Below the pieces are notes generated by a model that saw nothing but the letters and a program-made list of their open reading frames with translations, had not been told where the DNA came from and made no database searches. 64,000 nt of DNA from an uncultured virus (IMG/VR IMGVR_UViG_3300028569_000012) (Duplodnaviria; Heunggongvirae; Uroviricota; Caudoviricetes): the IMG/VR virus record IMGVR_UViG_3300028569_000012; one strand, given 5' to 3'. A program made the position numbers and the translations under genes. Position 1 is the first letter of the stretch. Each line of letters starts with the position of its first letter. Of this stretch, positions 1-9,346 are shown piece by piece.

Positions 1-135
1 GAAAAAGAAGCAAAAACCACAATTCGTGTAAATGATTATCTAAATATGAAAAATCTTCACGGGGTTAGTTTGTTAGATTTACAAGTGGATACTTTATTGG
101 AAGATATTAACAAACCAATCACACCCACCAATTAA
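1..135 (+). CDS. 3' end of a hypothetical protein (partial)
   Basis: Frame 1 is open from base 1 (EKEAKTTIRVNDYL...PITPTN) to TAA at 133-135. Confidence 0.6.
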   Translation, partial: EKEAKTTIRVNDYLNMKNLHGVSLLDLQVDTLLEDINKPITPTN

Positions 136-160
136 AGCACCTTTATCCAACTAAAAAATT

Positions 161-874
161 ATGTCATACTTAAACACACCCTTACCCGTTGTAGAAGCCT
201 TTATCCGAGGAAACTTTCTTAGAAACCAAGAAGACTCATTCGATAAAAAATTCCCTTGTTATATTTTCGGGATGTCATCTATTCCCGCACAAGCACCCCT
301 TTTTCATTTCATAATGGAAGATGGTGGATTGTGGTGGAGGATGCCCATCCAAGCTTTTTGTTGGAAAGAAGATGCTCCTGAACAAGAATTGGATGAATTG
401 GTATTGTGGGATTCATTCACTTACCACGTTGGTGTAACTTGTTTTCCTATGTTGAAAAATAAGACTTGTAAGTTTACCTCACGAAGGAGAGTTCAATACT
501 CAGGAAAATATTTGTTTACCTTGGATTGGGGTTCCTCTGATGATATGAGTGATACCGACTTTGGATTAAGTGAATTTCCATCCCAACATAAATGTGGACA
601 TTTTATTGCGATGGATAATGGTAATTTTGCAATTCAGCCCAATAACAGATTAGTTATGCATGATCCTTCTTTTACTGTCAAAGAAGGTATTGTTATCAAC
701 AGGAAGTATAATACTACGTTATGGACTGCTGAACGTAATTCACGATGGGTCACTCCTGATACCGATATTATGAATTACGATCATACAGATTTGAGTGTTG
801 GTGAGTCAAATCAACAAAGGTCTGAACAATACGATAAAGTTGATTCCGAGATGATGGATGAAAATAATATTTGA
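161..874 (+). CDS. conserved phage hypothetical protein
   Basis: 237 aa; MSYLNTPLP...LFHFIMEDGGLWWRMPIQAF and HKCGHFIAMDNGNFAIQPNNR resemble a family I recall from aquatic phages. Confidence 0.7.
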   Translation: MSYLNTPLPVVEAFIRGNFLRNQEDSFDKKFPCYIFGMSSIPAQAPLFHFIMEDGGLWWRMPIQAFCWKEDAPEQELDELVLWDSFTYHVGVTCFPMLKNKTCKFTSRRRVQYSGKYLFTLDWGSSDDMSDTDFGLSEFPSQHKCGHFIAMDNGNFAIQPNNRLVMHDPSFTVKEGIVINRKYNTTLWTAERNSRWVTPDTDIMNYDHTDLSVGESNQQRSEQYDKVDSEMMDENNI

Positions 875-1475
875 TCACAACTACGGTCGGGTATGTGACA
901 ATCGAATTTTTTGTGAGGTATTTTGTTTACCCGAGGGTGAGAGTAATGATGAATTATTGGAACTAGGATGGTTGCCCTATCCTTCTATGAAAATACCTTT
1001 TTGGTATCAGTCACGTAGTTGTAGAATTAATCCTAACAATATTTCATTGTCCTACAAGAGAAGAAAAATTATTTCTAAATTAACTTATAGAATATTACAA
1101 TACTCATTAAACAAATCCGAAGTAGACAATTTCTTTTATAATTATTTTGGTGAAAAGTCATTTGATTTACGTAATTCGTACGATGAAACATCTGAAAATC
1201 CCAACATTGAGGTTATGGAAATAACCTATCAAGATCAAATTGTTGGGTATGTAAGATTTGAATGTTTCGAAAAAAACATCTTGGGATTTGAGACCGCATA
1301 TTCATTGGATCTACCAAAATTATCATTGGGAAAAACAGCCATAATATTATTATCACAAGAAGTATTACTACGAAACAAAAATTATTTATACGTCTATGAA
1401 AGTTATAAAGAACATTTTCCATATAAGTTAGAAATCTCTGGATCCCAATATTGGGAAGGAGAAAAATGGATATAG
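858..1475 (+). CDS. aminoacyl-tRNA-protein transferase-like protein (ATE1/Bpt family)
   Basis: LLELGW, SCRINPNNISLSYKRRK and YSLDLPKLSLGKTAIILL...YLYV...YK match the ATE_N and ATE_C patterns. Confidence 0.65.
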   Translation: MKIIFDHNYGRVCDNRIFCEVFCLPEGESNDELLELGWLPYPSMKIPFWYQSRSCRINPNNISLSYKRRKIISKLTYRILQYSLNKSEVDNFFYNYFGEKSFDLRNSYDETSENPNIEVMEITYQDQIVGYVRFECFEKNILGFETAYSLDLPKLSLGKTAIILLSQEVLLRNKNYLYVYESYKEHFPYKLEISGSQYWEGEKWI

Positions 1476-1480
1476 TTTTA

Positions 1481-1488
1481 TATTTATA
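1481..1488 (+). promoter_or_regulatory. TATTTATA motif, putative late promoter
   Basis: 7 nt before ATG 1496; recurs before many genes. Confidence 0.55.
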
Positions 1489-1495
1489 GATTGTT

Positions 1496-2206
1496 ATGAC
1501 AGAGGGCAATCACAAAGTACTTTTGAGTACAATCAAAGAACTTAGAAAATACAAAAAGGTTTTGTTACTTACCTGTAGTAATAGAGGTGAAGAAATATCG
1601 GAATCTCAACTACCTAAGTCGAGTATATTAGCTAAGGTCATACAACAAAACGTTCCTAATTCGGAACGTCTCGATGTCACTAAACTAAAAATATACCCTT
1701 GTGAAGGAAATGTTTCTTTGATGCAAGGTAATTTATGTGGTGTCAAAGAAGCCTTGTTGGAGGATAAAGAGAAAAACCCTTCGGGATATCATCGTTGTTG
1801 GGCATCTATTCACAATCCTGATGATGAATTATGGAAAGTCAGTAAAAAATTATTTGAATCTGATTGTGTCATATTTTTTGCTTCCGTAAGATGGGGTGCT
1901 GCTAATATGTTTTATCAAAAACTGATCGAAAGATTGAATTGGATTAACAACCGATATATTCCTTATGGAGAATCGAATATTATAAAGGATATCGATTCAG
2001 GATTTATCGTGGTAGGTCAACACGTGTATGGTGATAAAGTGTGTGAGCTTCAACAAAGTAACCACGAATATTATGGTTTCAATATAAATAAAAAATTATA
2101 TTGGAATTGGAATGCTGAAGAAGGTTCTTTTGATGATGAAACCTTACAAGGATATATTGAAAGTTATCCAAATTTTTTCGAAGATTTCAAAATTAATTTA
2201 TTATAG
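1496..2206 (+). CDS. flavodoxin-like NAD(P)H-dependent FMN reductase / iron-sulfur flavoprotein-like protein
   Basis: LLTCSNR, KIYPCEG..C..C, DDELWKV..KLFESDCVIFFASVRWG..QKLIERL. Confidence 0.75.
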   Translation: MTEGNHKVLLSTIKELRKYKKVLLLTCSNRGEEISESQLPKSSILAKVIQQNVPNSERLDVTKLKIYPCEGNVSLMQGNLCGVKEALLEDKEKNPSGYHRCWASIHNPDDELWKVSKKLFESDCVIFFASVRWGAANMFYQKLIERLNWINNRYIPYGESNIIKDIDSGFIVVGQHVYGDKVCELQQSNHEYYGFNINKKLYWNWNAEEGSFDDETLQGYIESYPNFFEDFKINLL

Positions 2207-2238
2207 ATCTAAATTAATAAAATCTTGTATTTATAGGT

Positions 2239-2535
2239 ATGAACCCAATATTGGCACGATTTCTAAAAATAAAAAAATCAGATTTGTTAAATATCCTTCG
2301 TGGATATATCAAAATGAGAAAAATGTTTATTGATTATGGAGTTACGGATCGTCAACTTCAAAGAGGCGAAGGTATGACCCGAGATATGTATGACCAACGA
2401 GAGAATATTATATATGATTTGAAAAAACTCAAAAGTGATGCTCGTAGATTCGGAGTGATAGAGGGTGATAACTTCGAAATAGATGATTACTTCTCAGATT
2501 TATTTCTTAGAGTTGATAAAAAAACCCCCTTGTAA
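2239..2535 (+). CDS. hypothetical protein
   Basis: 98 aa ORF preceded by TATTTATA (2228-2235). Confidence 0.7.
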   Translation: MNPILARFLKIKKSDLLNILRGYIKMRKMFIDYGVTDRQLQRGEGMTRDMYDQRENIIYDLKKLKSDARRFGVIEGDNFEIDDYFSDLFLRVDKKTPL

Positions 2536-2536
2536 C

Positions 2537-2782
2537 ATGGCAATCAAATCACAAACTATTCAGGGTACAAAAATCCTCAATGAGATAGATTCTTCTAATC
2601 TTAACAAGACCGAATATGATACGGCGAGTAAGAAAATGATCGTGGAGTTTAAAAACGGATCTCGTTATGAGTACGGTGATGTTCCACACCAAATTTATGC
2701 TGAGTTCAGATTATCTGAATCACAGGGAAAATATTTCACCACAAAGATTTCAAAATCCTATAAGTTTACCAAAATCCCTTAA
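2537..2782 (+). CDS. KTSC domain protein
   Basis: DSSNL...YD....MIVEFKNGSRYEYGDVP..Y..F..SESQGKYF; ATG at 2537. Confidence 0.85.
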   Translation: MAIKSQTIQGTKILNEIDSSNLNKTEYDTASKKMIVEFKNGSRYEYGDVPHQIYAEFRLSESQGKYFTTKISKSYKFTKIP

Positions 2783-2806
2783 CCTAAATCGTTGTATTTA
2801 TAGTTT

Positions 2807-3559
2807 ATGGACAAATACTCTGATATATTGGTATCCTTTGGTAGTCAAGATACATTAAATCCAGAGATATGGGACAAGTATGACACTAAGGATCCTATTT
2901 TAAAATCAGGTATTAGGAAGGCTCTTCTGAATATAGCTGGTGAATTTATGAGTTTTTTGGGTGACGACCTATACATTGATGATGTCAGATTTACGGGTTC
3001 GTTGGCGAATTTTAATTGGTCTAAGTTTTCGGATATTGATTTACACTTATTGGTTGATTTCTCACAGTTCGATGGGGAAGACAAAGAGGTTTACAAAGAA
3101 TTGTTTAATCTCAAAAAAACTTTATTTAACACCACTCACAAAATTACTGTAAAGGGTTTTGATGTAGAACTTTACGCTGAGGATGTGAACGAAGCTCACC
3201 ATTCTACGGGTGTGTATTCGGTATTGTTCAACGAATGGGTTGAAAAACCTGAAACAGAGGATGTAAAAATTGACAAAAGTCACCTACAGAAAAAGGCTGA
3301 TAGTGTGATGAGTAAAATTGATGCTTTGATAAAGGAAGTTTCTGATGATGATTTGGATGTGTCTTTGAAAAAGATTGAGATATTCAAGGATCAACTAAAA
3401 AAATACAGAACCGCTGGTTTGGAGAAAAAAGGTGAATATTCTTATGAGAATTTGGTATTCAAGTTTCTTAGACGTAGTGGATATATTGACAAACTTTTCA
3501 ATTTCAAAAATGACCTAATGGATAAAAAATTATCATTGGAGAATCAAGAAATAGAATAA
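2807..3559 (+). CDS. nucleotidyltransferase (Pol beta superfamily)
   Basis: TGSLANFNWSKFSDIDLH (GS..DxD) plus DVELY; TATTTATA at 2795-2802. Confidence 0.8.
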   Translation: MDKYSDILVSFGSQDTLNPEIWDKYDTKDPILKSGIRKALLNIAGEFMSFLGDDLYIDDVRFTGSLANFNWSKFSDIDLHLLVDFSQFDGEDKEVYKELFNLKKTLFNTTHKITVKGFDVELYAEDVNEAHHSTGVYSVLFNEWVEKPETEDVKIDKSHLQKKADSVMSKIDALIKEVSDDDLDVSLKKIEIFKDQLKKYRTAGLEKKGEYSYENLVFKFLRRSGYIDKLFNFKNDLMDKKLSLENQEIE

Positions 3560-3607
3560 AAATAAAGATTTCATTAATTGAATATATTTATATAATAAAA
3601 TTTAACT

Positions 3608-3775
3608 ATGTCAGAGATAGAAAACGGTCAGTATGATTACCAAGATTGTGTAAATTGTAGCGGTGTTGTTACAACACAACCTATGCCACATCCTGTTTTC
3701 ACCAACGGAGACGGAGTTGCAATTATCCAAACCACCGCTGTTCAGTTAGGTGGAATGAACGGATTAAACAGTTAA
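3608..3775 (+). CDS. small 55-aa protein with CxxC (not in ORF track)
   Basis: MSEIENGQYDYQDCVNCSGVVTTQPMPHPVFTNGDGVAIIQTTAVQLGGMNGLNS; fills the intergenic gap; TATTTATA at 3585-3592. Confidence 0.65.
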   Translation: MSEIENGQYDYQDCVNCSGVVTTQPMPHPVFTNGDGVAIIQTTAVQLGGMNGLNS

Positions 3776-3788
3776 TAACAAATATAGA

Positions 3789-5006
3789 ATGGCCGACTTA
3801 AAACCAATAGGAAGTGAAAAACTACAAGGACAAGAAAAAATTCAACGAATCCTTGAAATCTCACGTTATAAAGAAAATATTCCAAGCTCAATTAACGAGA
3901 CATCGAAAGTTGAATTTGGAAAGACTTTAGCAGATGGAAATCAATATGAGATTGTACGTGAGAAACTCGGGTATGTAATCAAAAAAAGAATCGATGAGTC
4001 TTTGGATTATATCGATCATATGAAAAATCGTAAATATTACAGATCCTATTCACAAGCATTGAAAAGAATGAACTTGATGGCAGGAGAACTTAACCGTTTG
4101 AATGAAAATGAATTAGGTGTGTCAATGTATAACATCCAAGAGCAAAGTAAATTTACTTTAAAATTACCTAAGTCAGCTGAGGAAGCTCCTGCACCTGAAA
4201 TGATGGATGCACCTGAAATGGATGTAGATATGGAAATGGGTGATGACGAAATGACTATGGACACCGATATGGAAGTTGGTAATGATACGGAGATGGATTC
4301 AGAAGAAACACCTGAAATGGGTGCTGAAGAAGAGGAAGTCGATTTCAAAGTAATTCAGAAACTGACAGGTAAATTGGGTCAGAAAATCCGTACGATGAAT
4401 GATTCAGTTGGTATGACATCTGAAGATATCAAGTACGTAATGAATTCAATTATTTCAGCTCTCGACTTTAGTAAGTTAGACATGGAAGATAAAGAAGATA
4501 TCTTGGCAAAAATCGAAGATGAAGAATCTGACTATGGAATGGAAGGTGATGATCTCGATATGGACTTATCAGGTGATGACGAATTAGATTTAGACATGGG
4601 AATGGAATTAGATTCTTCGACTGACGGTGAGATGGGTGAAGGTGATGTAGTTGGTGTTTATTCAAATATCAAAAAACAACGTAATGAGGAAATGACTGAG
4701 GATGAAAAGGTACAAACTTCTATCTCGAAGATTATGGATGGAATTTTCGGTGAGTCCAACGTCGATAAGGTTTTAGAAAAATATTTTTTAGTCTCAGAGT
4801 CTGAAAAGAAGACGAATACTAAAAAGAAAAACAAATCAATCTCGGTCGTAAGTTTAGCGGAATCTATCGAACAAAAAACTGCGGTTGAATTTATGTTATC
4901 TGAATCAAAAGAACTAAAATTCTTAGGTAAAACAAATAAAGGTAACTTGATTTTTGAACATCAAGGGAAACAAATCAAAGTAACAACCGAAGGAGAAGTT
5001 CTATGA
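3789..5006 (+). CDS. acidic hypothetical protein, possibly head-internal
   Basis: 405 aa with D/E/M-rich low-complexity tracts similar to the scaffold. Confidence 0.75.
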   Translation: MADLKPIGSEKLQGQEKIQRILEISRYKENIPSSINETSKVEFGKTLADGNQYEIVREKLGYVIKKRIDESLDYIDHMKNRKYYRSYSQALKRMNLMAGELNRLNENELGVSMYNIQEQSKFTLKLPKSAEEAPAPEMMDAPEMDVDMEMGDDEMTMDTDMEVGNDTEMDSEETPEMGAEEEEVDFKVIQKLTGKLGQKIRTMNDSVGMTSEDIKYVMNSIISALDFSKLDMEDKEDILAKIEDEESDYGMEGDDLDMDLSGDDELDLDMGMELDSSTDGEMGEGDVVGVYSNIKKQRNEEMTEDEKVQTSISKIMDGIFGESNVDKVLEKYFLVSESEKKTNTKKKNKSISVVSLAESIEQKTAVEFMLSESKELKFLGKTNKGNLIFEHQGKQIKVTTEGEVL

Positions 5007-5395
5007 GTTATCTAATCTATGTGAATGGGCTAGGTCCAAACTATAGAGGAGATAATATGTATGAATTTATTTTCGGCGAAAATCTCGATGTTTGGGGTGA
5101 GAAGTGGGACTCAAAACCTGCAAGTGGTTACCCTGAACCCCCTGAGATAGATTATGTCACCAGGGTAGGAACTTTGAGAAATACGTCAATGAATTTGGAA
5201 CTTATTCAAAAATCTGATTACATGGGAATGACAGACGCGATGGAAGATATTATTGCGTTAGCTTGGGAAACCGATGAAAGTTCCGAGAATCAAATCAGGT
5301 TGGTTTTCAGATTCGGAGAAACAGAAAATAAAGTGATGGACAAATTGTACGAAAGGGACCTAATTTTAGAATTTGAAAAAGAATCTGTAATATGA
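5003..5395 (+). CDS. hypothetical protein
   Basis: 130 aa; ATGA overlap with both neighbours. Confidence 0.75.
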   Translation: MSYLIYVNGLGPNYRGDNMYEFIFGENLDVWGEKWDSKPASGYPEPPEIDYVTRVGTLRNTSMNLELIQKSDYMGMTDAMEDIIALAWETDESSENQIRLVFRFGETENKVMDKLYERDLILEFEKESVI

Positions 5396-6243
5396 AAAAG
5401 AAAAAAGAAACCAAAGAACAAGAGATTATCAAAGTGAAGAAAAATTCACCTGATGAGGCAGCTCTCCGTCAAAAAGGTGTGACTTATCAAGTCTATGAAA
5501 AAGAGATGAAAGAGACACAAGATGATGATGTTTTAGATCCCTACAGTTCGGGTGAAACAACACAAAAACCTCATCAAGTCGGACCTGACACCAATGACGG
5601 ATTTGGTGTTGATCCTGGTAAAACACCTGGTATGTACCAAGATGGTATGGATGAGTCCGATAATATCGAAGAAAAAAAGAGTAAGAAAGATCAAAATCCA
5701 TACGCAGTATGTACGAGTTCAATAGGTTTAGAAGGTCGAGAGAGAGATTCTTATACCAAGGCTGAGAAAGCAAAATTTGAAAGATGTGTCACTGATGTAA
5801 AAAAGACTATGAAAGAGGGTAAAAATCCTCTTCAACCTATTATTGAGAGTGTGTTACGTAAGTTGGTGGAGAAACATATTAATCCTCGTATGACAAAAAG
5901 TGACCTTCTGAATACTTTGAGTGAACAAGGTGTAATCAAAAGAAACATAGATACCCGTTCGGGATCAAAATCAGTTGGTGAAGTCAAAAATAACAAACCT
6001 ATTGGAAAGTATTACAGTATGACCAAAAAAGAGGCTATGGAACAAGCTCCCACTACAGCACCTCCTAAGGTAAGACCTGGTACTACTGAAAGACCTGATA
6101 AGATGGATCCTTTCAAGAATCCTAAACACCAACCAAAACCAAAGGCTGAAAAAAATATGGTGGATGACAATCCTAAGTCTTCAGTCACAAAAATTCCTGA
6201 TTATGTGACATTCGATCAGTTGGGTATAACCTTTAAAAAATAA
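5392..6243 (+). CDS. hypothetical protein
   Basis: 283 aa, Lys/Pro-rich; NPYAVCTSS motif. Confidence 0.75.
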   Translation: MKKKKETKEQEIIKVKKNSPDEAALRQKGVTYQVYEKEMKETQDDDVLDPYSSGETTQKPHQVGPDTNDGFGVDPGKTPGMYQDGMDESDNIEEKKSKKDQNPYAVCTSSIGLEGRERDSYTKAEKAKFERCVTDVKKTMKEGKNPLQPIIESVLRKLVEKHINPRMTKSDLLNTLSEQGVIKRNIDTRSGSKSVGEVKNNKPIGKYYSMTKKEAMEQAPTTAPPKVRPGTTERPDKMDPFKNPKHQPKPKAEKNMVDDNPKSSVTKIPDYVTFDQLGITFKK

Positions 6244-6249
6244 ACGGTG

Positions 6250-7536
6250 ATGAAAAGATATATCAAAGAACAAGACGCTCAAAACAGATCAGAGTTCGAA
6301 AAGCAGACCAAGGGAATGTCTCAGGATATTATTGACAAGATGAAAAAGGGTGATACACCTCTTTCTAAGAATCCTGCCTTTCCTGATGTAAAATCTGATG
6401 ATTTACCGGTTTCTTTCGAGGAAAAAATTGCCTCAAAAAGATTTCGTGATGTTGTTGAAAAGGTAAAGAGATACACTGGACAGGAGCAAGTGAGTGATCA
6501 GAATGCTCTTATGACTTTACAGAGGGCTATGATGGGTGCTGTCAGGAATATATTTGAAATCCAATCTGAAAACAAAACATATTTGGAGAACTTGGCTGTG
6601 GATTTGGTTCGTAAGGAAATGGGTGTTAGACCCGATCAAATTCAATATGATGCAAAATTAGTCGATATGGGAAGTATCGATATGGAAGGTTTTTCGAAAC
6701 AAGGTGAAGAACCTGATGAAGAAGAAATTGAACAAAACTTTCAACAACAAGAAGAAGACATTGAAGATTTTATGACTGCTTTTGAACGATATGATATTGA
6801 AAAGGCGAAAAGAAGATTTATAAATGCTCTGATACAGGGATCTTCAAAAAAAGGACATTATATGTTTGAATTGGTAAAAGATGAGTTAGACCGATTGGAT
6901 CCTCGTCTTTTAAATTTATATGGTGTTGTTATGTCTGTAAATGACCTTTTATATTGGGTTTTACCTGATCAAATGATGGATGCTATGATGGGTCAGGATG
7001 GTATTGCTGGTAAAGAAGAAGTTGATGTTGAAACAACACCACCGACAGTAAAAGCTCGTGGAGTATTTTTTCCGATACTTGTTCACGAGTTGATTAAAGG
7101 AACTATGGAAATTCTTGGTACACAAGGACTTCCCGATGATCCAAAACAAGCGGAGATGGTGATGGGGTCAACCGATACCTTAGCAAATGAAATTTGGGAT
7201 CTAAGACTCGGACCTGTCTTATGGGAGAAGTTCACAAACGCATATCCTGAAAAACTGTTTGATGAAGATAAACGATGGATTCAAAATTACCTATTTGCTC
7301 GTTTTTCAGCACTGTCTGCTGAAGAATTTTTTAAACTATCAAAAGCAATCCTAAGGGGTGATGCTAAGGCAACTCAAGTCTTGAATAGAATGGTTACAGA
7401 AATTGTTGACCATTTGAAAGAGGTAAACGATGTTGATGACTTCAGTTCAGACACTGATGGTGATGATTTCGATGATGATGATGATTTGGATGGTTTGGAT
7501 GATTTCTTAGGTAGTTTGGGTATCGATAGATCCTAA
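6250..7536 (+). CDS. hypothetical protein upstream of terminase
   Basis: About 428 aa with an acidic C-terminus; contains HELIKG. Confidence 0.75.
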   Translation: MKRYIKEQDAQNRSEFEKQTKGMSQDIIDKMKKGDTPLSKNPAFPDVKSDDLPVSFEEKIASKRFRDVVEKVKRYTGQEQVSDQNALMTLQRAMMGAVRNIFEIQSENKTYLENLAVDLVRKEMGVRPDQIQYDAKLVDMGSIDMEGFSKQGEEPDEEEIEQNFQQQEEDIEDFMTAFERYDIEKAKRRFINALIQGSSKKGHYMFELVKDELDRLDPRLLNLYGVVMSVNDLLYWVLPDQMMDAMMGQDGIAGKEEVDVETTPPTVKARGVFFPILVHELIKGTMEILGTQGLPDDPKQAEMVMGSTDTLANEIWDLRLGPVLWEKFTNAYPEKLFDEDKRWIQNYLFARFSALSAEEFFKLSKAILRGDAKATQVLNRMVTEIVDHLKEVNDVDDFSSDTDGDDFDDDDDLDGLDDFLGSLGIDRS

Positions 7537-7544
7537 AGTATCAC

Positions 7545-9317
7545 ATGGGTTTATCTAAAGAACAACTTTTATTAGAATACTCAAGATGTATGAGTAGTAC
7601 ATCCTACGCTCTAAAAACCTATCTACAAACCTTTGATAACACACAACTACGTTATGTACCCTTAGAGTTGTTTCCTGACCAAGGAAGGTTGATTGAGGAT
7701 TACGATACCTACAATGAAAACATTGCGTTGAAATATAGGCAAGCCGGTGTATCTACCGTGACGGCCGCTTGGGTGAGTAAAAAGTTAGCTTTCGCACGTA
7801 AAACCAAACCAGAAAAGGTTCTTATAATTGCCAACAAACAGGATACATCAATAGAATTTGCAAATAAAATTAGAGAATTTACTTCTCAGTGGCCAAGTTG
7901 GGTTGGTATCGATTTTTCAAAAGACAAAAATGCTGCTAAACACTATAAGTTGAACAACGGGTGTGAAATAAAAGCTGTGGCAACATCTAAGGATGCTCTA
8001 CGTGGTTTTTCACCGACCATCCTCATATTTGACGAAGCGGCGTTTATCGATGCTGATGGGGACTTTTGGGCGGCTTGTATGGCTTCCCTATCAACAGGTG
8101 GTAAAGTAATTGTCATCTCCACACCGAACGGATATGACCCCATTTATTATGAAATTTATGATCAGTCTATTCGTTTGATGAATGACTTCAAAATTACTGA
8201 GATGTATTGGTATCGAGATCCTCGTTATACAAAAGATCTCTATTTGGTGAAAACAAAAGATATAATCCACTATTTTTTAAATCGTGATGAATATAATGAC
8301 AAAGAAGTAATCATAGACTACTCATCTACGGATCCATTCGATAGAGACTTTGAAGAAATTAACGCTCGATTCAAAGATGGATATAAGCCATCTTCATCAT
8401 GGTTTGAAGCTATGGTGAAAAAACTCAAATACGACAAAAGAAAAGTTGCTCAAGAATTAGAATGTAACTTTTTAGGGTCAGGTGATAATGTGTTTGACTC
8501 AAATCTTATAAAGAGTATTACCGAAACCACAATTATGGATCCTATTGGTAAAATGATTGGTGGTGGTTTTTGGATATGGAAAGAAGCCGAGATCGGACAC
8601 AAGTATATTATGGGTGTTGATGTATCAAGAGGAGACTCAGAGGATTTTTCCACAATTCAAGTTTACGATTTTGATGAAAGAGAACAAGTTGCCGAATACT
8701 TAGGAAAAGTTCCACCTGATGTACTAGCCGAAATTGCTTACAAATGGGGTACAATGTATTCGGCATTTATCGTGATTGATATTACCGGTGGTATGGGAGT
8801 TGCAACATCGAGAAAGTTACAAGAGTTGGGATACAAGGATCTTTATGTGGAAGGTGTTGAATACGGCAACAAATGGCAATATGATCCAAAAGTAAAAGAT
8901 AAAATACCTGGTCTTAACTTTAGTCAAAAACGGGTTCAGATTATTGCCGCGTTTGAAGAATCACTACGACACAATATGAAAATAAGGTCGAATAGATTGT
9001 TGAATGAAATGAATACCTTTGTTTACATAAATGGTAGACCAGATCACATGAGGGGACAACATGACGATTTGATTATGGCGATTTCTATGGCTGTTTATGT
9101 TGCAGAAACATCATTTACTCAACTAAATAAGGTCAATAATATGGCTAAAAGTATGTTGGAATCGTGGACTGTTGAAACATATGAAAAACCAAATAAGGAA
9201 TTTTTTAACCCGGCACTTCCTAATATGAATCAATTCAATAACGTCGCTTATAGAAATCAACCATCTTTGAAAGAATATAAAGAGTATTTATGGTTATTCG
9301 GTGGTGGTAAGCGTTGA
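7545..9317 (+). CDS. terL: terminase large subunit (T4 gp17-like)
   Basis: KYRQAGVST Walker A variant, ILIFDEAAF Walker B, ISTPNG, GVDVSRG nuclease motif, HDDLIMA. Confidence 0.95.
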   Translation: MGLSKEQLLLEYSRCMSSTSYALKTYLQTFDNTQLRYVPLELFPDQGRLIEDYDTYNENIALKYRQAGVSTVTAAWVSKKLAFARKTKPEKVLIIANKQDTSIEFANKIREFTSQWPSWVGIDFSKDKNAAKHYKLNNGCEIKAVATSKDALRGFSPTILIFDEAAFIDADGDFWAACMASLSTGGKVIVISTPNGYDPIYYEIYDQSIRLMNDFKITEMYWYRDPRYTKDLYLVKTKDIIHYFLNRDEYNDKEVIIDYSSTDPFDRDFEEINARFKDGYKPSSSWFEAMVKKLKYDKRKVAQELECNFLGSGDNVFDSNLIKSITETTIMDPIGKMIGGGFWIWKEAEIGHKYIMGVDVSRGDSEDFSTIQVYDFDEREQVAEYLGKVPPDVLAEIAYKWGTMYSAFIVIDITGGMGVATSRKLQELGYKDLYVEGVEYGNKWQYDPKVKDKIPGLNFSQKRVQIIAAFEESLRHNMKIRSNRLLNEMNTFVYINGRPDHMRGQHDDLIMAISMAVYVAETSFTQLNKVNNMAKSMLESWTVETYEKPNKEFFNPALPNMNQFNNVAYRNQPSLKEYKEYLWLFGGGKR

Positions 9318-9346
9318 AATATAATTAATAAGTCGTAATTTTTGTA

